Assembly (NCBI GenBank): GCA_963666485.2
Contig: CAXXUO010000010.1
Coordinates: 67,155-131,154 of the forward strand
Source of the DNA: Syntrophorhabdaceae bacterium
GTDB taxonomy: Bacteria; Desulfobacterota; Syntrophorhabdia; Syntrophorhabdales; Syntrophorhabdaceae
DNA: 64,000 nt
Reading direction: 5' to 3'
The notes beneath the pieces are model-generated. The model had not been told where the DNA came from and made no database searches. It saw only the letters and a program-made list of their open reading frames with translations. A program made the position numbers and the translations under genes. The first letter of the stretch is position 1. Each line of letters begins with the position of its first letter. This document shows, in pieces, positions 1 through 8,385 of the stretch.

Positions 1-1
1 C

Positions 2-715
2 GAATTGTTCGGCTACCGGAAAGGGGCGTTCACAGATGCCAAGACCGACAAGGAAGGCCTTGTCGTCGGGGCCTCGGGAGGAACGTTGTTCCTCGATGAG
101 GTAACAGAAATGCCGCCTTCCCTTCAAGCCAAGATCCTGCGGGTGATCGAGGCAAGGGAGGTCCGCCCCCTGGGAGGGACGACGACGTATCCAACGGACA
201 TCCGCATCATTTCCACGTCGAACAGGGACATCCAGTCCCGGATCGACGAAGGCCTTTTCCGAAGCGACCTCTATTACCGGCTGAGGGTCATAGATATCGA
301 CCTGCCGACTTTAAGAGAGAGGCGGGAGGATATTCCGCTGCTCGTGAGACATTTTCTTGCCAGGTTCAACAAAGACCTCAAGAAAAAAGTAGCGCAGGTC
401 TCTAACGAAGCGATGAAGATATTTATGGACTATTCCTGGCCCGGCAATGTAAGGGAACTCGAAAATGTCGTCCAGCGTGCGGTCACCCTGTGCCGGAGCG
501 AAACGGTAGTTCCCGATGACCTTCCCGCCGTTATGACCCGGACCGGCGATGAATCCTATATTGACCGGTTACCGGGCAGGGGTCTTACCCTCGAAGATCT
601 CGAAAGGGAATATGTCCGGCACGTGCTCGCCGAGGTCAGGGGCAACCGGTCCCGTGCAGCCGAGATCCTGGGTATCGACCGGAAAACGCTCTATCGCAAA
701 CTGAAGAACGAATAA
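2..715 (+). CDS. sigma54-dependent Fis-family transcriptional activator (NtrC-like), 5'-truncated by window edge
   Basis: ELFGYRKGAFTDA, LFLDE Walker B, WPGNVRELEN, C-terminal HTH (NRSRAAEILGIDRKTLYRKL). Confidence 0.95.
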   Translation, partial: ELFGYRKGAFTDAKTDKEGLVVGASGGTLFLDEVTEMPPSLQAKILRVIEAREVRPLGGTTTYPTDIRIISTSNRDIQSRIDEGLFRSDLYYRLRVIDIDLPTLRERREDIPLLVRHFLARFNKDLKKKVAQVSNEAMKIFMDYSWPGNVRELENVVQRAVTLCRSETVVPDDLPAVMTRTGDESYIDRLPGRGLTLEDLEREYVRHVLAEVRGNRSRAAEILGIDRKTLYRKLKNE

Positions 716-729
716 TTCAATAGAAAAAA

Positions 730-767
730 TGGGGCAAAATGCCACGATATTGGGGATTTTTGCCCCT
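730..767. promoter_or_regulatory. tandem putative enhancer (UAS) sites for a sigma54 activator
   Basis: GGGGCAAAATGCCAC (731-745) and GGGGATTTTTGCCCC (752-766), 21 bp apart, ~100 bp upstream of a -24/-12 promoter. Confidence 0.6.
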
Positions 768-855
768 GCTATACCCCGGGCTTGAAAAGATCTGATCCGG
801 CCCTCCCTGCGTCAATTCCTTGTCCTCCCTGCATCATTCACCTGTTCGCCGTTTG

Positions 856-871
856 TGGCGTATTATTTGCA
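856..871 (+). promoter_or_regulatory. sigma54 -24/-12 promoter
   Basis: TGGCGTATTATTTGCA, GG-N10-GC spacing. Confidence 0.7.
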
Positions 872-962
872 ATTTGGGTGCGCACTGCTTCAAAAAGATC
901 ATGTGCTTCTCGCGGGGTGACCGCGTGAAACATGCCAGACGAACGGAGAATAAGGAGGAAAT

Positions 963-1211
963 ATGGCAAGAAAAATCACGTTGACGCGCAGAAAACCACC
1001 CAAGAGCAAATTCGACGCCCAGGAAACGCACGACTGTCCCCGGTGCAGCGCCGCGCTCGTCCACGAAAGATTTTACGGCATGTGCGCACATATATGGGTC
1101 TGGCGATGTATTAAATGCGGCGAGATCGTAGACGATGTCGTACTCTATAACCGCCGGATGCTGAGAAAGGCCGCGCGGGTCAAAGTCGACGTACTGACGT
1201 TGATAAAATAA
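963..1211 (+). CDS. small zinc-ribbon protein (CPRC...CIKC)
   Basis: AGGAGG RBS; two CxxC pairs; follows sigma54 promoter. Confidence 0.75.
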   Translation: MARKITLTRRKPPKSKFDAQETHDCPRCSAALVHERFYGMCAHIWVWRCIKCGEIVDDVVLYNRRMLRKAARVKVDVLTLIK

Positions 1212-1217
1212 AAACAC

Positions 1218-1326
1218 GCTATAGGCGATGGGCAATGGGGGATAGGTGGGGAAGGTCCCACCGTTCCACCGTCCCACGTTAACTAAAATTATGGGCCCAT
1301 CGCCTATAGCCCACTGCCCATCGCCC
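1218..1326. repeat. inverted heptamer-repeat element (TAGGCGA/TGGGCAA family)
   Basis: GCTATAGGCGATGGGC (1218-1233) is the perfect inverse of 1295-1310; 7-bp periodicity; between convergent genes. Confidence 0.8.
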
Positions 1327-1327
1327 G

Positions 1328-1615
1328 TTATTTCTCCCCTATCAACTCCATCACCTCTTCCTCTCCGTGCTCGAGCTCTCTTGCGTGCTCGGTGTCGGCA
1401 CCGAGGAGAAGCGCCTGAAATTCCCCTACATGGGTCTTTTCCTCTTTCGCGATGTCGAGAAGCACCTTCCTGAGGTTCTCGTTTGTCGTCAGCGCGGCCA
1501 TCTGGTTATAGAGGTTGATCGCGTCGTATTCGGCGATAATGGCGGCGCGAAGGATCTCCCTGTCCAGTTCGTTGCTTTCGAGTTTTTCGATAGTGGCGGG
1601 AATCAATGACATCAT
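1328..1615 (-). CDS. small ferritin-like/rubrerythrin-family protein
   Basis: AEYDAINLY...EEKTHVGE di-iron motifs; AGGAGGAG RBS before ATG 1615. Confidence 0.85.
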   Translation of the reverse strand: MMSLIPATIEKLESNELDREILRAAIIAEYDAINLYNQMAALTTNENLRKVLLDIAKEEKTHVGEFQALLLGADTEHARELEHGEEEVMELIGEK

Positions 1616-1787
1616 AATGGATCTCCTCCTGGTTGTTATATCGTGTCGTGCTGCGCCAAAGACATTATCAAGAAATATGCCATAAAGATTTTTCCCTGTA
1701 TTTACGTCAAAATCGGATTTCAGCGGACACGTGTACGAGTCTGGCCGGTCCATTCACGGCCGATCTGGGACGAAAAGGGCTACACCC

Positions 1788-1802
1788 GGGGCACATTGCC
1801 CC
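1788..1802. promoter_or_regulatory. putative UAS site
   Basis: palindrome GGGGCACATTGCCCC, same motif as 731/752. Confidence 0.55.
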
Positions 1803-1878
1803 ATGGCGGACTGCACACTCCCCGGAAAGAGTTATCTAAGGCCGCGTAATGAAAATGCAATCATATCAGCACGCGAGG

Positions 1879-1894
1879 TGGCATCATTGTTGCT
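1879..1894 (+). promoter_or_regulatory. sigma54 -24/-12 promoter
   Basis: TGGCATCATTGTTGCT. Confidence 0.75.
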
Positions 1895-1909
1895 TTGCTC
1901 CTTAAAGCG

Positions 1910-2995
1910 ATGGAGATCACCGAAAACGAGGTCAGCCGGTACCTGTCCGGGCGCTTTTCGCAGGAGGTCAGGGTTGTCAAGATGGCCGATCTGTCGGCAA
2001 AGGCCGGGCCTGGCACGGACATGAAAAAGTTCGGTTATGGCCGGCCGTTCCTCGTTCTTTGCGATGTCGGGGACAAAAGGGAAAAATTTGTTTTTCACAG
2101 GATCCGCCCGAATGCATTCGGGCGGGAACGCGAAGATGACAGGGCCGCCGCCGTCTGGCTTGATTATCAATCATTCAATAACCTGCCCGGGCACGTTCCG
2201 GCCGTCGACATGGTCGCATTCCGCAACGGCGGTGAGTTGAGCTCTCTTAAGGATGTCCGCGAGCTTGTCCTCGTGACCGCATTCAAACACGGAATACCCT
2301 ATGCCCACGATCTCGCGAGGATTCGCGATGAAGGGGACTTAAGCCCCCTTGACCGCAGGCGGGTCGAAAAGCTGGCTTCGTATCTTTCGCAGATACACCA
2401 GCTGCGGCTCGACGAGCCGATGTTGTGGGTACGCCGCTTGAGGGACCTCATAGGCCATGGCGAAGGGGTCATGGGGCTCACCGACAGCTATGGGAACGAC
2501 GGTACAGGTCCGGGCGGCAGGGATCTCCGCTCGATAGAAGAAGCGGTAAATGCCTGGCGTTGGCGGCTCAAGGATGTACCGGGCAGGCTCTGCCAGGTCC
2601 ACGGGGATTTTCATCCGTTCAATATCGTTTTCGAAAAAGAGGACATGTTCTGGGTGTTGGACCGCAGCAGGGGTCCCTGGGGCGAAGCGGCGGACGATGT
2701 CAGCTGCATGGCTGTCAATTTCCTTTTTTTCTCGTTGCAGCGTTACGGGCGGCTCGACGGGCCGTTCAAGGAAATGCACGATCTCTTCTGGAGAAAGTAC
2801 TTCATGCTGAGGCCGGATGACGGACTTCCGTATGTCGTGCAGCCATGGTTCGCCTGGCGCTGCCTCGTACTGGCGAGCCCCGTGTGGTACCCGGATATTC
2901 CGGACGATGTCAGAGACACGCTTTTTCGGTTCATTCGCAAGGTGCTGAAGTTAAAACGCTTCGACTATCGCAAAGTGAACGAGTACATTGCATAG
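1910..2995 (+). CDS. aminoglycoside phosphotransferase/choline-kinase-like phosphotransferase
   Basis: HGDFHPFNI Brenner motif followed by LDRSRG. Confidence 0.85.
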   Translation: MEITENEVSRYLSGRFSQEVRVVKMADLSAKAGPGTDMKKFGYGRPFLVLCDVGDKREKFVFHRIRPNAFGREREDDRAAAVWLDYQSFNNLPGHVPAVDMVAFRNGGELSSLKDVRELVLVTAFKHGIPYAHDLARIRDEGDLSPLDRRRVEKLASYLSQIHQLRLDEPMLWVRRLRDLIGHGEGVMGLTDSYGNDGTGPGGRDLRSIEEAVNAWRWRLKDVPGRLCQVHGDFHPFNIVFEKEDMFWVLDRSRGPWGEAADDVSCMAVNFLFFSLQRYGRLDGPFKEMHDLFWRKYFMLRPDDGLPYVVQPWFAWRCLVLASPVWYPDIPDDVRDTLFRFIRKVLKLKRFDYRKVNEYIA

Positions 2996-3003
2996 GAGGG
3001 GGG

Positions 3004-3603
3004 ATGGTAGCAAGTCCGGCGGCAAGATCAGGTTTTGCAGTATGGTTTACGGGGTTGCCTGCTTCGGGGAAAACCTCAATAGCACAAAAAATGTGCCAGA
3101 TCCTGGTGGAGCAGGGGATAACCATCGTGCATTTTGATTCCGATGAGCTTCGCAAGGTGCTCACTCCGAATCCCCGCTATACGGATGAAGAACGGGATTG
3201 GTTTTACAGCGTATTGATATACCTGGCGGAGCACCTGACAGAGAGCGGCGTCAACGTGGCGATCTCGGCGACTGCTCCCCGGCGGTATTACCGCGCTACG
3301 GCACGCCTGCACATAGAGAAATTCGCCGAGGTCTACATCGATTGCCCGGAAGCGCTTTGCAGGGCCCGCGACCCGAAAGGCCTGTGGAAACGGGCCGACA
3401 CCGGCGAGATTAAGGCGCTTCCCGGTTCGGGCGTTCCGTACGAGAAACCATCGTTGCCTGAAATTCGCGTCGAAACTGCACACACGACCGTTTCCAGCGG
3501 GGCGTGCCGTGTTCTCAAGGGGCTCGAGGGGCTCGGTTTCCTGGATAAAGGCCTGGGTAAGGGAAAGGCCCGGTCGTCGGACGGGAAGGTTATCTTCCTC
3601 TGA
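3004..3603 (+). CDS. cysC: adenylyl-sulfate kinase-like P-loop kinase
   Basis: VWFTGLPASGKT, D-x-D-ELR, RDPKGL, PYEKP motifs; GGAGG RBS. Confidence 0.8.
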   Translation: MVASPAARSGFAVWFTGLPASGKTSIAQKMCQILVEQGITIVHFDSDELRKVLTPNPRYTDEERDWFYSVLIYLAEHLTESGVNVAISATAPRRYYRATARLHIEKFAEVYIDCPEALCRARDPKGLWKRADTGEIKALPGSGVPYEKPSLPEIRVETAHTTVSSGACRVLKGLEGLGFLDKGLGKGKARSSDGKVIFL

Positions 3604-3612
3604 GGAATTAAT

Positions 3613-5037
3613 GTGACGCATCTATTTCGCGCTGTACTCTTGTTGGTTTTTTTCGGGGCCCAGGCCGTGACCGGCGCGGCCTTCTTATGCGGCGATGCAG
3701 CGGCTGCCGCACAGGCGGGCGTCACGAATCTCAATAATGATTTCGTCGCCGTGGTACGCGATGTCGGGCCGTCTGTCGTGTCTATCCGGGCCGAGGCCCT
3801 GATGGACGGACTGCAGGTGCTGACCCGTGACGACGGGCCGGACGAGAAGGCGCTGCGCCAGTTTCTCGAAGACCTCTTCAAGCGCAAGAAAAGGGTCGGC
3901 GTACGGGAGGCGTCAGGCATTGTGGTCCGTCACAACGGGTATATCCTGACGAACCACCATGTCGTCGCGGATGCCACGAAGATCACGGTCAACCTCTATG
4001 ACGGCACGAGTTTCGAGGCGCAGTTGGTGGGTTCGGACAGCAAGACCGACCTGGCAGTGATCCGTATTCCGGCCACGCACCTCAAGGTTCCAAAATTCGG
4101 GGATTCCGACCGGGTCGAGCCGGGGGAATGGGCGATAGCGATAGGCTCCCCCTACGGTTTCGATAAAAGTGTGACCCTCGGCGTGATAAGCGCCCGGGCG
4201 AGGCCGGGCCTCAACGCCGTGACCCCCGCCGGCGAACTGATCCAGACGGACGCATCCATCAACCCCGGCAACAGCGGAGGTCCCCTGGTAAACATAAGCG
4301 GTGAGATAATAGGGATAAATTCCATCGTCATCAGGCCCGGGCAGGGGATCGGGTTTGCGATCCCCATCAACATGGTGAAAAGGGTGATGGACGACCTGAT
4401 CGACGCGGGACGTGTCCTGCGCCCGTGGCTCGGTATAGGCCTCCAGGAGATGACCCCGGAATTGAAGAGATATTTTGACATTCACCTTCCCGGGACGATG
4501 GTGCGGCAGGTCATCGAAAGTGGACCGTGCGACAATGCGGGCCTCAAGCCGGGCGACATTATCGTGTCGGTGGAAGGGAAAGAGGCGTCAAGTCCCCAGT
4601 CCGTCCTCAACCTGGTCATGGACAAGAGAATAGGACAGGTTGTTACGATGGAGGCGATCCGGGGCGGAAAACGCTTTACAGCGAGGATAACCACGGCCGA
4701 CGAAGGAAAACAGCCGGGCCGCACGCGTGTCGCCACCGCCAATGCCGGCGCCCCTTTCGGGCTTATCGTGAAAACCATTACCCCGGGTATTGCCCGGAAG
4801 CTGGACCAGCCGGACATGGAAGGGGTCATTATCACGGCCGTTGAAACCGGGTCTCCCGCGCAGACGGCGGCCCTCATGATCGACGATGTCATCATACGTA
4901 TTGATGACCGCAAGATACGCGGTGAGGAAGAATATCGCTCAGCCGTAAAAAGATCGAACCCGGAAAAAGGGGCCTTGCTGATGGTCGACCGGACAGGCTC
5001 GACGTTTTTTGTTGTCCTGAAAGAAAAGAAAGAATAG
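3613..5037 (+). CDS. DegP/HtrA periplasmic serine protease with 2 PDZ domains
   Basis: signal peptide, TNHHV, DLAV, QTDASINPGNSGG, two PDZ-like domains. Confidence 0.95.
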   Translation: MTHLFRAVLLLVFFGAQAVTGAAFLCGDAAAAAQAGVTNLNNDFVAVVRDVGPSVVSIRAEALMDGLQVLTRDDGPDEKALRQFLEDLFKRKKRVGVREASGIVVRHNGYILTNHHVVADATKITVNLYDGTSFEAQLVGSDSKTDLAVIRIPATHLKVPKFGDSDRVEPGEWAIAIGSPYGFDKSVTLGVISARARPGLNAVTPAGELIQTDASINPGNSGGPLVNISGEIIGINSIVIRPGQGIGFAIPINMVKRVMDDLIDAGRVLRPWLGIGLQEMTPELKRYFDIHLPGTMVRQVIESGPCDNAGLKPGDIIVSVEGKEASSPQSVLNLVMDKRIGQVVTMEAIRGGKRFTARITTADEGKQPGRTRVATANAGAPFGLIVKTITPGIARKLDQPDMEGVIITAVETGSPAQTAALMIDDVIIRIDDRKIRGEEEYRSAVKRSNPEKGALLMVDRTGSTFFVVLKEKKE

Positions 5038-5040
5038 AAG

Positions 5041-5326
5041 ATGGTTCCACGTCCCAGGTTCCACGTTCCACGTTAAAGGCAAAAACCTTACGGCTTGAAG
5101 AACAAATAGTAATATCCAAAAAATATGGTTCCACGTTCCAGGTTCCACGTTCCACGTTAAAGGCAAAAACCTTACGGCTTGAACAACAATAGTAATATCC
5201 AAAAAATATGGTTCCACGTTCCAGGTTCCACGTTCCACGTTAAAGGCAAAAACCTTACGGCTTGAACAATAAATAGTAAATTTCTTCGTTTTTTTGCGTG
5301 GAACGTGGAACGTGGAACGTGGAACG
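5041..5326. repeat. three tandem ~84-bp units built on GTTCCAC heptamers, closed by an inverted (GTGGAAC)4 run
   Basis: units start at 5041, 5125, 5208; inverted heptamers at 5297-5326. Confidence 0.9.
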
Positions 5327-5365
5327 GTTCTTTACATTCTCCCCGTTTAATCATATTTTAAGGTT

Positions 5366-6118
5366 ATGCCCGACCCCGTCCGATTTTCGATCATGACGTA
5401 CAATGTCCACAGCTGCATCGGGAACGACGGGAAGAACCTTCCGATGAGAATTGCGAAGATAATAGCGGGGATGCATCCCGATATCGTGGCCTTGCAGGAA
5501 CTCGATGTGGGGCTCGCGAGGACGGGGTGGGTCGACCAGGCAGAGCTTATCGCCCGCGAGCTTCATATGAACTACCATTTCCATCCCAGCCTGGTCATCG
5601 AGGACGGGCGCTACGGGAATGCGATATTGAGCCGGTACCCCATAAGGCCGGTAAAAACCGGTGCTCTCCCGTCCCGCAGGAAAGAGCCGCGCCGGGGTGC
5701 GCTCTGGGTCGAGATAGACCTGAAAGACCATAACGTGCAGGTGATAAATACCCACCTCGGGCTCACGCCCGTGAGGCGCCGGACGCAATCGCACACCCTG
5801 ATCGGCCCGGAGTGGCTCGGCAACGAAAAATGCGTCCCGCCCGCCATCCTGTGCGGGGATATGAATGCCACCCCGGGATCGTATGTCCACTATAATTTTT
5901 CTCAAAAATTAACCGACGCCCAACTTCTTCTCCCCGGAAAGAGCCGGCCGCGGCGCACCTGGCCCAGCATAAGCCCATTTTTGCGTCTCGATCACGTCTT
6001 CGTCTCCAAAGGGATCGGGATAAGGGCCTGCAGGGTCCCCCGTTCCCTGGATGCCAAAATGGCCTCCGACCATCTCCCGCTGCTTGTAGAGGCTCAACTC
6101 ATTGACCCTGCAAAATAA
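5366..6118 (+). CDS. endonuclease/exonuclease/phosphatase (EEP) family protein
   Basis: TYNVH, ALQE, NTHL, GDMN, LDHVF, SDHLP. Confidence 0.92.
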   Translation: MPDPVRFSIMTYNVHSCIGNDGKNLPMRIAKIIAGMHPDIVALQELDVGLARTGWVDQAELIARELHMNYHFHPSLVIEDGRYGNAILSRYPIRPVKTGALPSRRKEPRRGALWVEIDLKDHNVQVINTHLGLTPVRRRTQSHTLIGPEWLGNEKCVPPAILCGDMNATPGSYVHYNFSQKLTDAQLLLPGKSRPRRTWPSISPFLRLDHVFVSKGIGIRACRVPRSLDAKMASDHLPLLVEAQLIDPAK

Positions 6119-6197
6119 TTTTACCCATCTGATTTACTGTAATTTCAATCATTAATCCTCTCGTGCCCCGGGCGTGACCCGGCTTCCTCCTTCCATC

Positions 6198-6228
6198 CGT
6201 CATTCCGGCGAAAGCCGGAGGAATGACG
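6198..6228. repeat. REP-like palindrome
   Basis: CGTCATTCCGGCGAAAGCCGGAGGAATGACG hairpin, related to elements at 40138 and 61927. Confidence 0.6.
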
Positions 6229-6241
6229 AAAACAGATCCCT

Positions 6242-6256
6242 GTGGCATAATTCCCC
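6242..6256. promoter_or_regulatory. putative UAS site
   Basis: reverse complement GGGGAATTATGCCAC, 12/15 identical to 731-745. Confidence 0.55.
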
Positions 6257-6330
6257 GTTTTCACATAACCCCCTGTACTACCTGTCTTTTTATATCGGGA
6301 ACTGTCCGGTTTAAAAGACTTTTAATTCGC

Positions 6331-6346
6331 TGGCACTTGCCTTGCA
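6331..6346 (+). promoter_or_regulatory. sigma54 -24/-12 promoter
   Basis: TGGCACTTGCCTTGCA, near consensus. Confidence 0.8.
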
Positions 6347-6394
6347 GTCCCAATGCGCAATGCAGGTAAAACGGCGGTCGGCTACAGGGATGAC

Positions 6395-7339
6395 ATGAAA
6401 ATAGGAATTGTCGGGACGGGTTTTGTGGGTTCAACAGCGGCATATACGCTTGTCACGAGGGGCCTCGGAACCGAACTCGTCCTTATCGACAAGAATATGG
6501 CCCGGGCGTCGGCCGAAGCGGCGGACATCCGCCACGCCATTCCCTTCGCACACTCGGTCAACGTACACCAGGGGGATTATCCCGACCTTGCCGGGTGTTC
6601 CGCGGTGATCGTCGCTCTCGGCAAGGGCAGGGTTGCCGGTCAGACGCGCCTTGACCTTGCGTTTGAAAATGCCGCTATCTTCCGCGAGGTGATCCCGGCG
6701 ATATTTGAACATTCTCCCTGCTCTGTTCTTATCATTACCACAAATCCGGTCGATATCATGACCCACGTGGCGACCAGGATCGCGGTCAACCTCGATGTGC
6801 CGCCCGGGCTCGTTATCGGCACGGGAACTGTGCTTGACACCGCGCGCTTCAGGACTTTGCTCGGTGAGTTCCTCGATATCGAAAGCAGTCACGTGCACGC
6901 CTATGTCCTCGGCGAGCACGGGGACTCCGAGGTCATGGCCTGGTCCCTTGCACGCGTTGGTGGACTGACCATCGATGAGATGTGCTCGTACCTTGGAAAG
7001 GAATTCAACGCAGGCGTAAAACAGAGGATAAACGACGACGTCCGCCACGCCGGCCGTGACATAATACTGGGGAAAGGGGCGACCTATTACGGTATCGGGA
7101 GCATCCTTGCCCACATTGTCGACGTCGTCGCTCATGACCACAGGGCAATTCTTACGGTAAGCACGTTTGTCCATGACTGTGAGGGTGTTCGTGATGTCAC
7201 ACTGTCTCTTCCCCATATCCTCGGCGGGCGGGGCGCCATAGCCAGTCTGCCGCTTTCCCTCGATGCCGGCGAAAGGTCAGAACTCAAGAAAAGCGCCGAG
7301 ATCTTGCGCAGGTCAGCGGATGCGCTCGGAATTTCGTGA
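6395..7339 (+). CDS. L-lactate/malate dehydrogenase family protein
   Basis: GTGFVG Rossmann, TRLDL, TNPVD, GTVLDTARF, GEHGDS, KGATYYG. Confidence 0.93.
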   Translation: MKIGIVGTGFVGSTAAYTLVTRGLGTELVLIDKNMARASAEAADIRHAIPFAHSVNVHQGDYPDLAGCSAVIVALGKGRVAGQTRLDLAFENAAIFREVIPAIFEHSPCSVLIITTNPVDIMTHVATRIAVNLDVPPGLVIGTGTVLDTARFRTLLGEFLDIESSHVHAYVLGEHGDSEVMAWSLARVGGLTIDEMCSYLGKEFNAGVKQRINDDVRHAGRDIILGKGATYYGIGSILAHIVDVVAHDHRAILTVSTFVHDCEGVRDVTLSLPHILGGRGAIASLPLSLDAGERSELKKSAEILRRSADALGIS

Positions 7340-7405
7340 TCAGCATAGAGAATGAATTCGCCTTTAAGGGAATTTTCGATCTGAAGCATCCTGGAGCAAC
7401 CCACA

Positions 7406-8227
7406 ATGAACAACAAAACGACGTACCCGCCTGGCGTGCCGGGAATGCTGCCGATACAGAAGATCCTCTGCCCGGTGGATTTCAGTGAATTCTCCCGGCG
7501 TGCCATTGATGTGGCCAGGGAACTGGCATCCTGTTTTGAGGCGGAACTCATCCTGCTCAATGTCATCGCCGATGTCCCCGCGCCGCACGAAGTCCTGTCG
7601 AAGAGGTTCGATATAAACGGTTACAAGAAGGCCCTTGTCTCGTCGTCGCAGAATTCCTTAAGAAAAATAGTGCGCCGGATAGATGATAACAACGACATAA
7701 AGGTCCGGTCGGTAGCCCTTCAGGGCAACCCGCCGGAGCGTATAACCCGGGAAGCACGCAGGCTGGATGTTGACCTCATTGTTATATCGAGCCATGGCCG
7801 GGGTGGAAGGGACGGCACCATCTTCGGGTCGGTGACTGAACGGGCCTTGCAGCTTGCCCCGTGCCCGGTGCTCATCGTTCCCGCGTATGCCGGTGCAATC
7901 ATGGATGCACCACCGCTTTTTTTGTCCCTGTCGGCTGACGTGAGCGGGGTTTTCGAAGACCATCTGGAGCATCTGACGGAAAGGCTTGATGCCGTGGAAA
8001 AGAGCATTGAAGACCGAAAGAGGTACCTCGACACGCTGCTCAGCCGCCGGTTTGCGGAACTCGAAGGAGGAAACGAGGACCTTCGGAGAAAAATGCGCCG
8101 GATTGGAAGGGCATCGTCAGAGGCGTGGCAGGAGCTCAAAGCCGGTCTCGCGGACCTCAGGGCCGTGTTTCAAAGGGCGGCTTCGAAATTCCGCAGCCCC
8201 GGGAACGATCTGTACCAGGGCAGGTAG
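7406..8227 (+). CDS. universal stress protein with C-terminal coiled-coil extension
   Basis: KILCPVDFSE...SHGR...FGSVTE...APCPVLIV. Confidence 0.9.
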   Translation: MNNKTTYPPGVPGMLPIQKILCPVDFSEFSRRAIDVARELASCFEAELILLNVIADVPAPHEVLSKRFDINGYKKALVSSSQNSLRKIVRRIDDNNDIKVRSVALQGNPPERITREARRLDVDLIVISSHGRGGRDGTIFGSVTERALQLAPCPVLIVPAYAGAIMDAPPLFLSLSADVSGVFEDHLEHLTERLDAVEKSIEDRKRYLDTLLSRRFAELEGGNEDLRRKMRRIGRASSEAWQELKAGLADLRAVFQRAASKFRSPGNDLYQGR

Positions 8228-8385
8228 ATACCGGGACGAATAGGGGGTTTCTCTCGGGCCGCACCCAATTTCCCCACCCCCGTTTCAGGAAAATCAGAAA
8301 TCCAATTCAGGTATGTCCCGATTGTTAGAAACCTCTTGCAGTTCTAAACTTAGAACATGATAGGACAGGAACCGAGGAGGACACC

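Noticed and set aside
1328..1615. Encapsulin cargo system
   Set aside because: Ferritin-like protein present, but no encapsulin gene or clear targeting peptide in the window
5041..5326. Possible CRISPR array
   Set aside because: Units are near-identical along their whole length with no unique spacers; no cas genes in the window
4892..5354. ORFs reading MERGTWNVEP..., and the MERGTWNVE extension of flgF at 31512
   Set aside because: Translations of the GTGGAAC heptamer repeats, not plausible proteins
8228..8385. yybP-ykoY riboswitch or sigma54 promoter upstream of TerC
   Set aside because: No recognisable riboswitch motifs; TTGCA present but no GG at the -24 spacing
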